Positions 50,211 to 61,433 of a stretch of DNA of 64,000 bases are shown here, piece after piece. This DNA is from Isurus oxyrinchus (lineage: Eukaryota): positions 113,026,001 through 113,090,000 of the forward strand of contig JANJGN010000010.1 of assembly GCA_026770705.1 (NCBI GenBank), read 5' to 3'. A program made the position numbers and the translations under genes. The notes beneath the pieces were generated by a model. That model worked only from the letters and a program-made list of their open reading frames with translations. It was not told the origin of the DNA and ran no database searches. The first letter of the stretch is position 1. Every line of letters begins with the position of its first letter.

Positions 50211-50804
50211 AACCCTAGGAGCAGGATTTGTTGTAGGTTTCGAGACCCCAGTGCTGGGACCAAATATTTGCTTTCAATTCCTTGGGACTTCAACTTTAGC
50301 TGACAATCTCTTAAATGGGCTTTATCAAATGCCTTCTGGAAGCCAACATTCCTCTATCTTTAGTCACCTGTTCAAAATATTTACTTATTTGCCTTGCATA
50401 ACCTACCTTTTACAAATCCATACTGGTTCTCTCAGCTGAAAGGTGTTCAGTCACCCAAACCTTTGTTGTTGACTCTAGTAACTTCCTGACAACAGATGTT
50501 AGGCTAAGTGGTCCATAATTCCCTGGTTTCCCTTCTTATCTCTTTTAAATAGCAGAGTGGCATTTGCAGTTTTTCAATCTGAAGGAACAGTTCTCGAGTC
50601 GAGAGAACTTTGGAAGATAAAGATATGGGTTCAAGTCTAGGGGAGGGAGACTTTGTAGAGGGAGATTTGGATTAGTGGGTCAGGGGAAAGCGAAAATCTG
50701 AATGGGGAAGCAGGAAAATTGAGAAAACCTAATGAAAGGTTAATTGGTAGTTAAGTTACAGTAGCCTGCTATTTTAGACTGAAGCTGAGAAATCAGATTC
50801 AGTG

Positions 50805-51930
50805 GTGCTAATGCCATTGAATATCAACACAGAATGTTTGGATTCTCCCTTGGAGATGGTCATTGCCTGGAACTTGTCTGAAGCAAATATTACTTTCCAC
50901 TTAACAGCTGAAGCCTGAATGTTGTCCAGGTCTTGCTGCATATGGACACAACTGCTTCAGTACCTGAGGAGTTGCGAATGGTACTGAATACTGTGCAGTT
51001 ATCAGTGAACATCCCCATTTCTGACCTTATGTTGGGGGGGAGGGTCATTGATGAAGCAGCTGGTTGTGCCTAGTACCATGGCACTGAGGAAGTCCTGCAG
51101 TGATGTCTTGGGGTTGAGATGAATGGCCTCCAACATCCACAGCCATTTTTCTTTGTATGAGGTCTGACTCCAACCAATGAACAATTTTCCCCCTGATTCC
51201 CATTGACTTCCAATTTGCTAGGGCTCCTTGATGTCACATTCAGTCAAATAATGACTTGTTGTCAAGGGTAGTCAGTCTTAGCTCACTGCTTGAGTTTAGC
51301 TCTTTTGTTCATGTTTGGTCCAAGGCTTAATGAGGACAGGAGCTAAGTGGCCCTGGAAGAAGCCAAACTGAGAAGTGGTGAGCAGGTCATTGCTGTGTAA
51401 GTGCTATGTGATAGCACTGTTGACAATACCTTCCATTACTTAGCACATAATTGAGAGTCAACTAATGTGCTTAGTTTTTAATTAGATAGAAAACAAACTC
51501 AAGAAGCTCGACACGATTCAAAACAAAGCAATCTGCTTGATCTGCACCCCATCCACCACTTAAATATCCATTCCTTCACCACTGGCAGATGATGAGAGCG
51601 TAGTGTGTACCATTTACAAGATGTACTACAGCAACTCACCAAGGTTCCTTTGACAACACTTTCCAAATCCACAGCGTGTACCATTTAAAAGAACAAGGAC
51701 AGCAGATGTATGGGAGCACCACCTTTTCCAAGTTTCCCTCAAAACCTCTCAATATCCTGTTTTGGAACTATATCGCTGTACCTTTACTGTCGCTGGATCA
51801 AAATCCTGGCACTCCCTCCCTGACAGCATTGAGAATGTATCTAAACCATATGGGTTGCAGGGGTTCAAGTCATCACCTGCTCAAGGGCATTTAAGGTTGG
51901 CAATAAATGCTGGCGTTGCTCACATCCGAA
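50805..51930. mobile_element. LINE family B: minus-strand RT segment (50805-51470) joined head-to-head to plus-strand 3' end (51495-51930)
   Basis: Minus strand FINDP, MFTD and QAMTISK; plus strand LKKLDTIQNKA..SWHSLP..ggcaataaatgctggc tail. Confidence 0.8.
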
Positions 51931-52839
51931 GAAACGTATGGAACACTTTTAGCATTTCACTGTAATTGGGAAAGTATAGATTTCTTGAAGGTGGGTGTAT
52001 AAACCAGTTTGCTGTTTCAGGTGAAACTGGTGGAATCCAGCCTTCTGTTAAGCTTTCTTTACTTCCTGCAAATATCAAATTTATTTTAAAGAGATTTTAA
52101 ATCTCTTTTCCGAGACATTGATCAGGTGCTTTCTTCTTAGCTTGGAATCTGTTCTGCTATTAAAAAAAAGACTCATAAAACTGGTGGTAATGGTATATTT
52201 AGTGTTCAAATGTATTTTAAGTTGTTTTTTAAACATACCTTTACAGCAAGCATATGAAAGTTTTGATATCAGACAGTGCTATTCGGATTAGCTTGTAGTT
52301 AATCATGGTATTGCTGCAAGTAACTGGGAATAGTTTAATATCAGCAGGACAGAATGGACAAACAATAGCTCCTATTTCTGAAAAAAAGTAGCTACTGCGC
52401 AGAATTCATCAACTGCACAGCTTATAATTGGGGAAAATATGGTGAACAGTTTATCTGGTTGTGCCAGGTCCATTTATCTCCAAGGTGGATACGAATACAT
52501 CTTTGTGGGAGTGTGATCTGCTTCTGCTAGGGATTTTCTTATCAAACTTCTTATGGACACTTAAATGTCAGGTTTATTTGAGACTGTGTTAATCCTAAAT
52601 GAGTCTGCTTGATCCAAATTTTTTGCCACGCTTGTGACCTAGGTGAATATGGTGGGGACTTTATATTACAATAAATGTGGGACAGCTCTATGGTGTAGCA
52701 TTTCACTGCAATTGAGAATAATTAAAGTCTTAGTATACCCATTATTACTGCAGGTTTCTGAGATGTAGCCCATTTCCAGTAGCCTAGGAATGGATAAGTG
52801 CCTTCATTTTATTTAAGTGTATATTTTATACTAAATACC

Positions 52840-53245
52840 CAGTGGAGTTCAGAAGAATAAGAGGTGATCTTAATGAAACATATAAGATCCTGAGGGGACT
52901 TGATAGGGTAGATACCGGGAGGATGTTTCCACTTGTGGGGGGGAGACTAGAACCAAGGGACACAGTTAAAGAATAAGAGGTCTCCCTTTGAAGACAGATG
53001 AGGAGATGTTTTTTTCTGAGGATCATTAGTATGTGTAATTCTCCTCCTGAAGGAGCAGTGGAGGCTCTCTCATTGAATTTATTCAAGGCAGAATTACGCA
53101 ATTTTTTTGTTGACAAAAGGAGTCAAGGTTTATGGGGAGCAGACAGGAAAGTGAAGACCTCAGCCATGACCTTATTGAACAGCAGAGCAGATTCCAATAG
53201 CCAAATGGCCTACTCCTGCTCCTAAGTCCTATGTTCCTATGTTTA
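52840..53245 (+). mobile_element. CR1 3' end
   Basis: EFRRIRGDLNETYKIL; tail ctcctgctcctaagtcctatgttcctatg. Confidence 0.85.
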
Positions 53246-54044
53246 CTCAATTATCCCTTGATTGAGAGGACAGGAAGCCTCTTCTTCCTAGGGTGCTGCT
53301 GTAATAATTTGAGTTGCCCAGACACCATTAGGTTGATTACAATAACTCCTGCTTATATCTCTTCCTTCCAGTGAAAAATAACTTATTTCCTCTGATTGGA
53401 AAATATTTCTACTCTTTGCATTCACCATTTGTATCAGGCAGTGGTATGTTGGATTTAGCACAGGTTAGATGCAGAATAAAGCTCCTCTTAATCTGCCCTA
53501 ATCCCAGCAGCAGAAGAGCATTCCTTATTGCAGTGATATGATGTTCCTGTTTCGCATACCAATTACCCTTGTAACCTCTCATTTTAATGCCAGTCTTGCC
53601 GCAGAACGAGACAAGCTTAGAAAGCCCTTTTGAAAGCTACTAATTAGTGTGTCCTTTTTGTATGCATAGAAAGACTTATGAGATATGAACAGTTTGAGAG
53701 TCTGTTATGGTCAATCCATGAATGAAATGGGGATCATATTTTGGGACTCTTCGTCGTATTTTCTTTTTGCTTGACACATTCACATCTATTTGAGTATTTC
53801 AGTACGCGTTTAGCACAATTTCTTTGCAAATTTTCTCTCCTATCCTCTTTTCTTCCCTCCCACCACTAATTTCTCTCATTCCTGAATGTGTTGCAGCCAT
53901 TCCAGTGTTGGCTACGGATTAAGGCTAATAAGGTCAACTTGCCTTGGGTGAAGCAGAATCTCAGCCCCATCTCCAGCTACCAGCTATCCCAGGATCTGAC
54001 TTCAATATCCCTCCCAGCTGCAAGCTGCCACATCATCCCTCGTT

Positions 54045-55140
54045 TTAAAAAAAAATGTTTTCAGGATGTGGGCATGCTTACAAGGTCGCACTAATTTTTT
54101 ATTCTCACTGTCTCTAAGAAGTCATTTGTGGCTTTCCTTGAACTATTGCTGTCCTTTTGGTGAAGGTATTCCAACATTGGCTTTAGATAGGATTTCCAGC
54201 GTATGGTCCCTACGTTGATGAAGGAGCAGCAATACATATATATATATATAAAAACAAAAAACTGCGGATGCTGGAAATCCAAAACAAAAACAGAATTACC
54301 TGGACAAACTCAGCAGGTCTGGCAGCATCGAGCAGCAATACATGTTCAAGTTACAGTGATATGTAACTCCAAGGGGAACTTGCAGGCAATGGTGCAACAT
54401 GAAATTATGCTTTGTCCTTCTTTGTAGTAAAGGTTGTGTGGCTGGGATGTGCTACTCTTTAGTGAGTTTGTCACAGCAAATTCTTTATATGATCCATTCT
54501 TCAGCTGCATTGGTGGAGGGGGTAATTCAGTAGTGGGCACCGAGATGTTAGGCATGTTATGGGTGTTATTCCAGTCAAGTGACAAGTTTTTAAAATTTAT
54601 TTATGTTTTGTGCGCATCACTGGCAACACCAACATTTGTTGCCCATCCTTTATGGCCCTTGAGAATATGGTGGTGAGCTGCCTTCTTGAATCACTGCAGT
54701 CCATGTCATGTAGTTACACTCACTGTGCTGTGAGGAAGGGAGTTTCACATTTTTGAATCAGCGACAGTGAAGGAGAGGTGATATATTTCCAGGTCAGGAT
54801 GGTACGTGGCTCTGACGGGAACTGATGGTACACAGTACAGCCACTGTGTGTCAATGGTGCATTAACGCAGTGGATGGGCTGCCAATCAAGTGGGCTGCTT
54901 TGTCTTGAATTGCACTCTTCCAGACACGTGGAGAGATTTTCATCACACTCCTGACTTTTGCCTTGTATTTGGTGGACAGACTTTAAGTAGTCAAGAGGTA
55001 AGCCACTCATTGCAGAGTACTCGTGTTGCTGCCCTGAACTTGTAGTCAGTGTTAATGTGACTAATTCAGTTCGGCTTCTAATTGCTGGTGCCCCCTGCCC
55101 CTGCTGTCACCCAAGATATCAATAGCTAGGAATTTGGCAC
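54045..55140 (-). mobile_element. Two degenerate LINE family B 3' fragments
   Basis: 3' tails at ~54050 and ~54600 similar to 25800; body similarity to 25900-26450. Confidence 0.65.
54238..54329 (-). mobile_element. 92-bp Penelope tail insertion with 14-bp TSD
   Basis: GAGCAGCAATACAT at 54224-54237 and 54330-54343. Insert matches the reverse complement of 42352-42400 plus a further ~30 bp and (TA)n. Confidence 0.88.
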
Positions 55141-55169
55141 TGATGATGCTACGATAGAATGCCTTACTG

Positions 55170-55510
55170 GTGGAAGTGCCGTATTTGAATTATGACATTA
55201 GGCTGATATCCCTGCCCTCTCAGTTGGATGTTAATGATCCCACAGCATTATTTGAAAAAGCTTAGGAGTGTTCTTCCCAGTGTTTTGGCCAGTAGTTAAC
55301 CCTAAACCAATGTCACTAAGTCAGGTTTTTTGGTTAGTCATCCCACTGCTGTTTGTGAGATTTTGCTGTGCACTAATTGGCTGCCATGTGTCCTACTTTA
55401 CAACAGTACCTACACATCAAACTACTAAGCTGGCTGTAAAATGCTTTGGGACGTTCTAAGATTGCGAAAGGTATTAAGTAAATGCAAGACTTTCTTTGAG
55501 TCTTTCTTTT
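55170..55510 (+). mobile_element. Deu-domain SINE
   Basis: Same Deu core as 16460; tail ggctgtaaaatgctttgggacg..aaatgcaagactttcttt. Confidence 0.85.
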
Positions 55511-58273
55511 ATTCAAGTTTGGGATGAAGTCTTGAGCTGAGTGGTTTTGGCAGAACTCAAACTTATCAGCATCAATAGAATTCATGTGTTGGCACTATTA
55601 CTGACTCCTTCCAGTTATTTACAGGGACATCTCACAAAAGGTTCAAGGGAGCCTTTATCTCCAGTTTTATAAAAACTGTAGCCCAAGTAAAATATTTCTT
55701 GGCAAAGTTATTTTGTATATTTGTCAGGGTGTGACTATAATGCAGCAGTTACATTCTGTAATTATTAGGTATGCTTTACAGATATTTTATATCTTAAGCA
55801 TATTTTGCAAGATGGGAAGGAATTGGCAGAATGCATACTTGATACTAAACGCCAGCTAACATACTTTAGTAATGCTGGCACTGAACAAGCTTATTTTGCT
55901 ATTAGAATTACCTCTGTTTTAGGTATTTCAATATGTCAACCATTTGTATCTGAATGCTATGACATACACATTGTTAAAGTGTTGGCTGACTGTCATTATG
56001 ATACTCTAGCTGCAAGTTGAATTGACAGGGAATGATCTGAAAATCCAAACATTTATAAAAACCTAGTACAGTAGCGTGGTTGAAAATGTGAAAGCATTAC
56101 TTTTTTTAAAATTGCAAAAGGACGACTATTGGATATTTGTTCCCTGCTGCTGATGATTTCTAAGTTGTGGGGAAGAATGAAGTTGTTAGATTCACAAATA
56201 ATCTATTAATAGGGTAGAGGAGAAAAACCTGTTTAAAAGTCGGTTCCCAAAAAGGAAAGGGAATAACTTTTTCTTTCCCCTGCTGGGTGATGTGGCGATG
56301 CAATTGGATCCTCCTGCACTTAATCTTCAAAAGGAGAAGTTCACAAAGGAACTTTTCAGTTTGTCTGCTCTCTCATTTCATATGGATCTTATGTGAAATG
56401 AATTTGGAGAGCCTCAATATTGCCTCACACACAAAGTCCTCTTCAACTCAGAACTAATTAGAAGATTATGCTGAGTTCAATGTAGAAGTGTGGAGGGGCT
56501 GGTGTGGAATAGATCAGTTGGGCTGAATGGCCTGTTTTTGTTCCGTAAATTCTATGTAAATGACACTTGGAGAGAGGCCACAGGGTGAGAAGTGTGGGAA
56601 ATGGAAGACACCACTGGTGATTCTGAGGTTTACTTGAGCTACGTTGTTGTGGCAGATGATTGCGAGCTTTATTTCAGCATCTAACTTTTCCATGTCAGGC
56701 ATGGCAGTCTTTATACTGATATAAGGTCCTCTAATAGGGGGAATACTATATTTTTGTAACATCTTTTCACTTTTATTAGCATCCATAAAGTATCACTTTG
56801 CTTAAATGAATTGTATTTAAATAATTTACTCTGGAAGAAAGTTAATTCTTAATAGTAGACTAATTACATACTTTATAATAGTTTGTATTTCAAGAGCTAG
56901 ACATCTATAACTTTTTATTTATTGTTATATGTCAAATTTGGTATATGGGATGCAGGTATCCTAAAGAATTCATAAGTACCTGCTGCAGCACTTGTTAGTC
57001 CTGCAGGTGGCTATTTTCAATTTTAAAAGTGAGAGCTGAGAGATAAAAGAGCGTAAGAAGGAACGAAAGAGGAGTCGGGAGATAAAAGAGCGCGAGAAGG
57101 AGAGAGAAAGGACCTGGGAGTTAGAGTTAGCTGCTGATGGTGGGTCTTAGAGGACCAACCAGATTTGGAGAAAATCAAGTGTGATGTCATAAGGAACTGC
57201 ATAAATTGAGTGAGTATTTTATTTGTCTTGCTTATTTATCTTTTAAATACTGGCACAATTAATTGATAATTGTAAGGTTTTCTTCCTAATAAGGGCTTTG
57301 TAATAGCAAAGGTAAAGATTTTTATTGGGAGTAGTAAGGTTTATTAATTAAAATGAATTAAAGTAAACAAACAAATATACATAAATAAAAATAACTAAAA
57401 CTTTAGAATAAAATAACTAAAAGAAAACAATTAAAATAAATATCTAAAACATATACCTGTGTACTTAAGTAATGTATTACTTTTAGTTGTAGCTGGTAGT
57501 AGCTTTTAATAAGCATAGTAAGTTGTATACGTACGACTTATTCTGTTAATTAAGAAAGTAAGTAAATTAAATTTACTAAATAACATAAACAGTGGCGAGA
57601 CAGGTGTTATGTTGCAGCTGTGGAATGTGGGTGTTTCTGGACGCCAAGGCATTCCAGGGCAAACACGCCTACAGAAAATGTGAGAAGCTAGAGGAATTCC
57701 AGATCAGGATTATTGATCTGGAAGCTGAGCTGCAGACACTGCGCAACATAAGGGAGAGGGAGAAGTACTTGGACACTTTGCTCCAGAAGATGGTGATGCC
57801 TCTTAGAATAGGGTCATCTGTTTTGGACAGTGTTGAGGGACAAGAGGATGTGACCGTTAGTGAGGCAGTTAAAGGGACCGAGCAGACAGTTGTGGAGGAC
57901 TCCCAGACTTCGCAATTGTCACACAAGTACAAGGTGATTGCTTCCTGTGTGGACGAAAGCAAGCTCTGCAGGGTGGATGAGCTGACTGGCCATGGCAGCA
58001 TGTGACAGGAAGCCGTTCAGGTTGGGGGAGCAAAAAGGAATGCAGTGGTAGTAGGGAACAGTATAGTGAGGGGGATTGGCATGTTCTCTGCAGCAAATAG
58101 TGAGAGTCCAGACAGCTGTGTTGCCTGTCTGGTGCCAGGGTTTGGGGTATTTGCTCAGGGCTGGAGAGGAACTTGCATTGGGAGGGGGAGGATCAAGTTG
58201 TCGTGTTCCATGCAGATAACAATGACATAGGCAGGACAAGGAAAGAGTCAGTATGAAGATCTAGGCACCAAAT

Positions 58274-58815
58274 TGGAGGTCAATCATCTCAGTCCGGCGG
58301 CATCACTGCAGGAGTTCTTCAGGTGTATCCTAGGCCCAACCACCTTCAGCTGCTTCATCAATGACCTTCCTTTCATCATAAGATCAGAAGTGGGGATGTT
58401 TGCTGATGATTGCACAATGCTCAAAACCACTCACAAATCCTCAGATAGTGAAGCAGTCCATGTCCAAATGCAGCAATACCTGGACAGTATCCAGACTTGG
58501 GCTGACAAGTGGTATGTAACATTCACTCCACACAAGTGCCAGGCAATGATCATCTTCAATAAGAGTAACTCACCTCCTGACTCCCCAAAGCCTGTCCACC
58601 ATTTACAGGGCACAAGCCAGGAGTGTTTTGGAATACTCTCCACTTGCCTCGATGAGTGCAGCTCCAACAATACTCAAGAAGCTTAACATCATCCAGGACA
58701 AAGCAGCCGGCTTGCTTAGCACCCCATCCACAAACATTCACTCCCTCCATCACGGCATACAGCGGCAGAAGTGTGTACCACCTACAAGATGCACTGAAGG
58801 AACTTACCAAGGCTC
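58274..58815 (+). mobile_element. LINE family B internal fragment replacing the end of CR1 ORF1
   Basis: LGPTTFSCFINDLP, MFADDC and LKKLNIIQDKAA. Confidence 0.85.
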
Positions 58816-59240
58816 CTGAGATCAGAGAATAGCAGGAAGGGACAGAGAGAGAAAAACCTAAGAATAAACCAACAGTCAAGATTAGATGTTCCAAAGGTAA
58901 CAAAAAGACAAAACTGAAGGCTGTCTATCTGAATGCGCATGGCATTCATAACAAAGTAAATGAACACATTGAAGTAAGTAAATCTGAACTGATAGCCATT
59001 ATGGAGATGAGGCTGCTGGATGACAAGGATTGGGTCCTGAATATTTTGGGGTATATGACATTCAAGAATAGGAAGCTAGGAGATGGTGGAGGGGTAGCAT
59101 TGTTAATCAAGGATGGCATTGGTGCAATAGAGATGATTTTGGTTCAGGAGATCAGGATGTAGAATTGGTTTGGGCGGAGATGAGGAATAGTAGAGAAAAG
59201 AATTCACTAGTGGAAGTGGTCTACAGGCCCCCTAACAGCA

Positions 59241-61433
59241 GAATCTCACAGTGCAGAAGAAGCCCTTCAGCCCATCGAGTCTGCACCGACACATGAGAAA
59301 CACCTGATCGACCTACCTAATCCCATTTACCAGCACTTGGCCCATAGCCTTGAATGTTATGACGTGCCAAGTGCTTATTCAGGTACTTTTTAAAGGATGT
59401 GAGGCAATCCACCTCCACCACACTCCCAGGCAGCGCATTCCAGACCGTCACCATCCTCTGGGTAAAAAAGATTTTCCTCAAAAATCTCCTAAACCTCCTG
59501 CCCCTCGCCTTGAACTTCTGTCCCCTTGTGACTGATCCTTCAGCTAAGGGGAACAGCTGTTCCCTATCCACCCTGTCCATGCCCCTCATAATCCTGATCA
59601 GGTCGTCCCTCAGTCTTCTCTGCGACAACGAAAACAACCCAAGTCTATCCAACCTCTCTTCATAACTTAAATGTTTCATCCCAGGCAACATCCTGGTGAA
59701 TCTCCTCTGCACCCCCTTCAGTGCAATCACATCCTTCCTATAATATGGCGACCAGAACTGCACACACTACTCCAACAGTGGCCTCACCAAGGTTCTATAC
59801 AACTCCAACATGACCTCCCTACTTTTGTAATCTATGCCTTGATTGATAAAGGCAAGTATCCCATATGCCTTTTTCACTGCCCCACTAACATGCTCCTCCG
59901 CCTTCAGAGATCTATGGACACACAGACCATGACCCTTTGTTCCTCAGAACTTCCTAGTGCCATGCCGTTCATTGAATACTTGCTTGTCAAATTACTTCTT
60001 CTAAAGTGTATCATCTCTCACTTTTCAGGGCTAAATTCCATCTGCCACTTATCTGCCCATTTGACCATCCTGTCTATATCTTACTGTAGTCCAAGGCACT
60101 CAACCTCACTGTTAACCACCCGGCCAATCTTTGTGTCATCCGCAAACTTACTAATCCTACCCCCTACATAGTCATCTATGTCGTTTATAAAAATTATGAA
60201 TAATAGGGACTGAGGACAGATCCCTGTGGTATGCCACTGTACACTGGCTTCCAGTCACTAAAGCATCCTTCTGTCATCACCCTCTGCCTCCTACAACTAA
60301 GTCAATTTTGAATCCACCTTATTAAATTACCCTGCCTTCTTTGTAAGTCTGCCATGTGCGACCTTGTCAAAGGCTTTGCTGAAATCCATATAAACTACAT
60401 CAACTACACTACCCTCATCTACACACCTGGTCACCTCCTCAAAAAATTCAATCAAATTTGTTACGCTTGACCTCCCTCTGACAAAGCCGTGCTGACTATC
60501 CCTGATCAAACCTTGCCTCTCCAAGTGGAGATAGATTCTCTCCTTCAGAATTTTCTCCAAAAGTTTCCCTACCACTGAAGTGAGACTCACTGGCTTGTAG
60601 TTCCCTGGCCTATCTCTACAACCCTTCTTAAATAGCACATTAGCTGTTCTCCAGTCCTCTGGCACCTCCCCCGTGGCCAGAGAGGAATTAAAAATTTGGG
60701 TCAGAACCCCTGCGATCTCCTCCCTTGCCTCCCTCAGCAGTGTGGGACACAAATGATCCGGACCTGGAGATTTGTCCACTTTTAAGCCTGCCAACATGTC
60801 CAATACCTTGTCAATATCAATTTGCTCAAGAACCTCGCAGTCTCTCTCCCCGAGTTCGATACCTTCATCCTCGTTCTCTTGGGTGAAGACTGATGTGAAG
60901 TATTCATTCAACACTCTACCAATGTCCTCTGGCTCCACCCATAGCTTGTCCCCTTGGTCCCCAGTGGGCCCTACTCTTTCCCTGGTTATCCTCTTCTCAT
61001 TGAAATACCTATAGAATATCTTGGGATTTTCCCTACTTTTACCAGCCAGAGCTTTCTCATATCCCCTCTTTGCTCTCCGGATTGCTTTCTTAAACTCCAC
61101 CCTGCACTTTCTGTACTCCACTAATGCCTCCGCTGATTTGCTCCCCTTGTACCTGCTAAAAGCCTCTCTTTTCTTTCTCATCCTATCCTGAATATCTCTG
61201 GTCATCCGTGTTTCCCTGGGCTTGTCCCTCCTTCCTATCATCCTCGCGGGATCATATTGAGCCTGTACCCTCCCCATTTCCTTTTTGAACGTCCTCCTCT
61301 GCTCTTCTGTAGATTTCCCCACAAGTAGATGTTCCGGTCTACCTTGGCCAGATCCTGCCTTATTTTACTAAAACCCGCTCTCCCCCAATCCAAAGCATTT
61401 TTTTGCAATTTGTCTATTTCTTTGTCCATAACA
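59241..61433 (-). mobile_element. Younger 5'-truncated CR1 inserted antisense in CR1 ORF2
   Basis: 331-aa ORF 60327-61322 (KSPGPD, QHGFVRGRS, YMDFSKAFDKV) and 148-aa ORF 59317-59763. Host reads through ccctaacagca|accacaatct with AGCA on both sides. Confidence 0.92.

Noticed and set aside
55780-56020. Possible terminal coding exon (ORF 55805-56020), and similar candidates near 8750, 14226 and 53372
   Set aside because: Weak splice context and no recognisable protein; compatible with chance.
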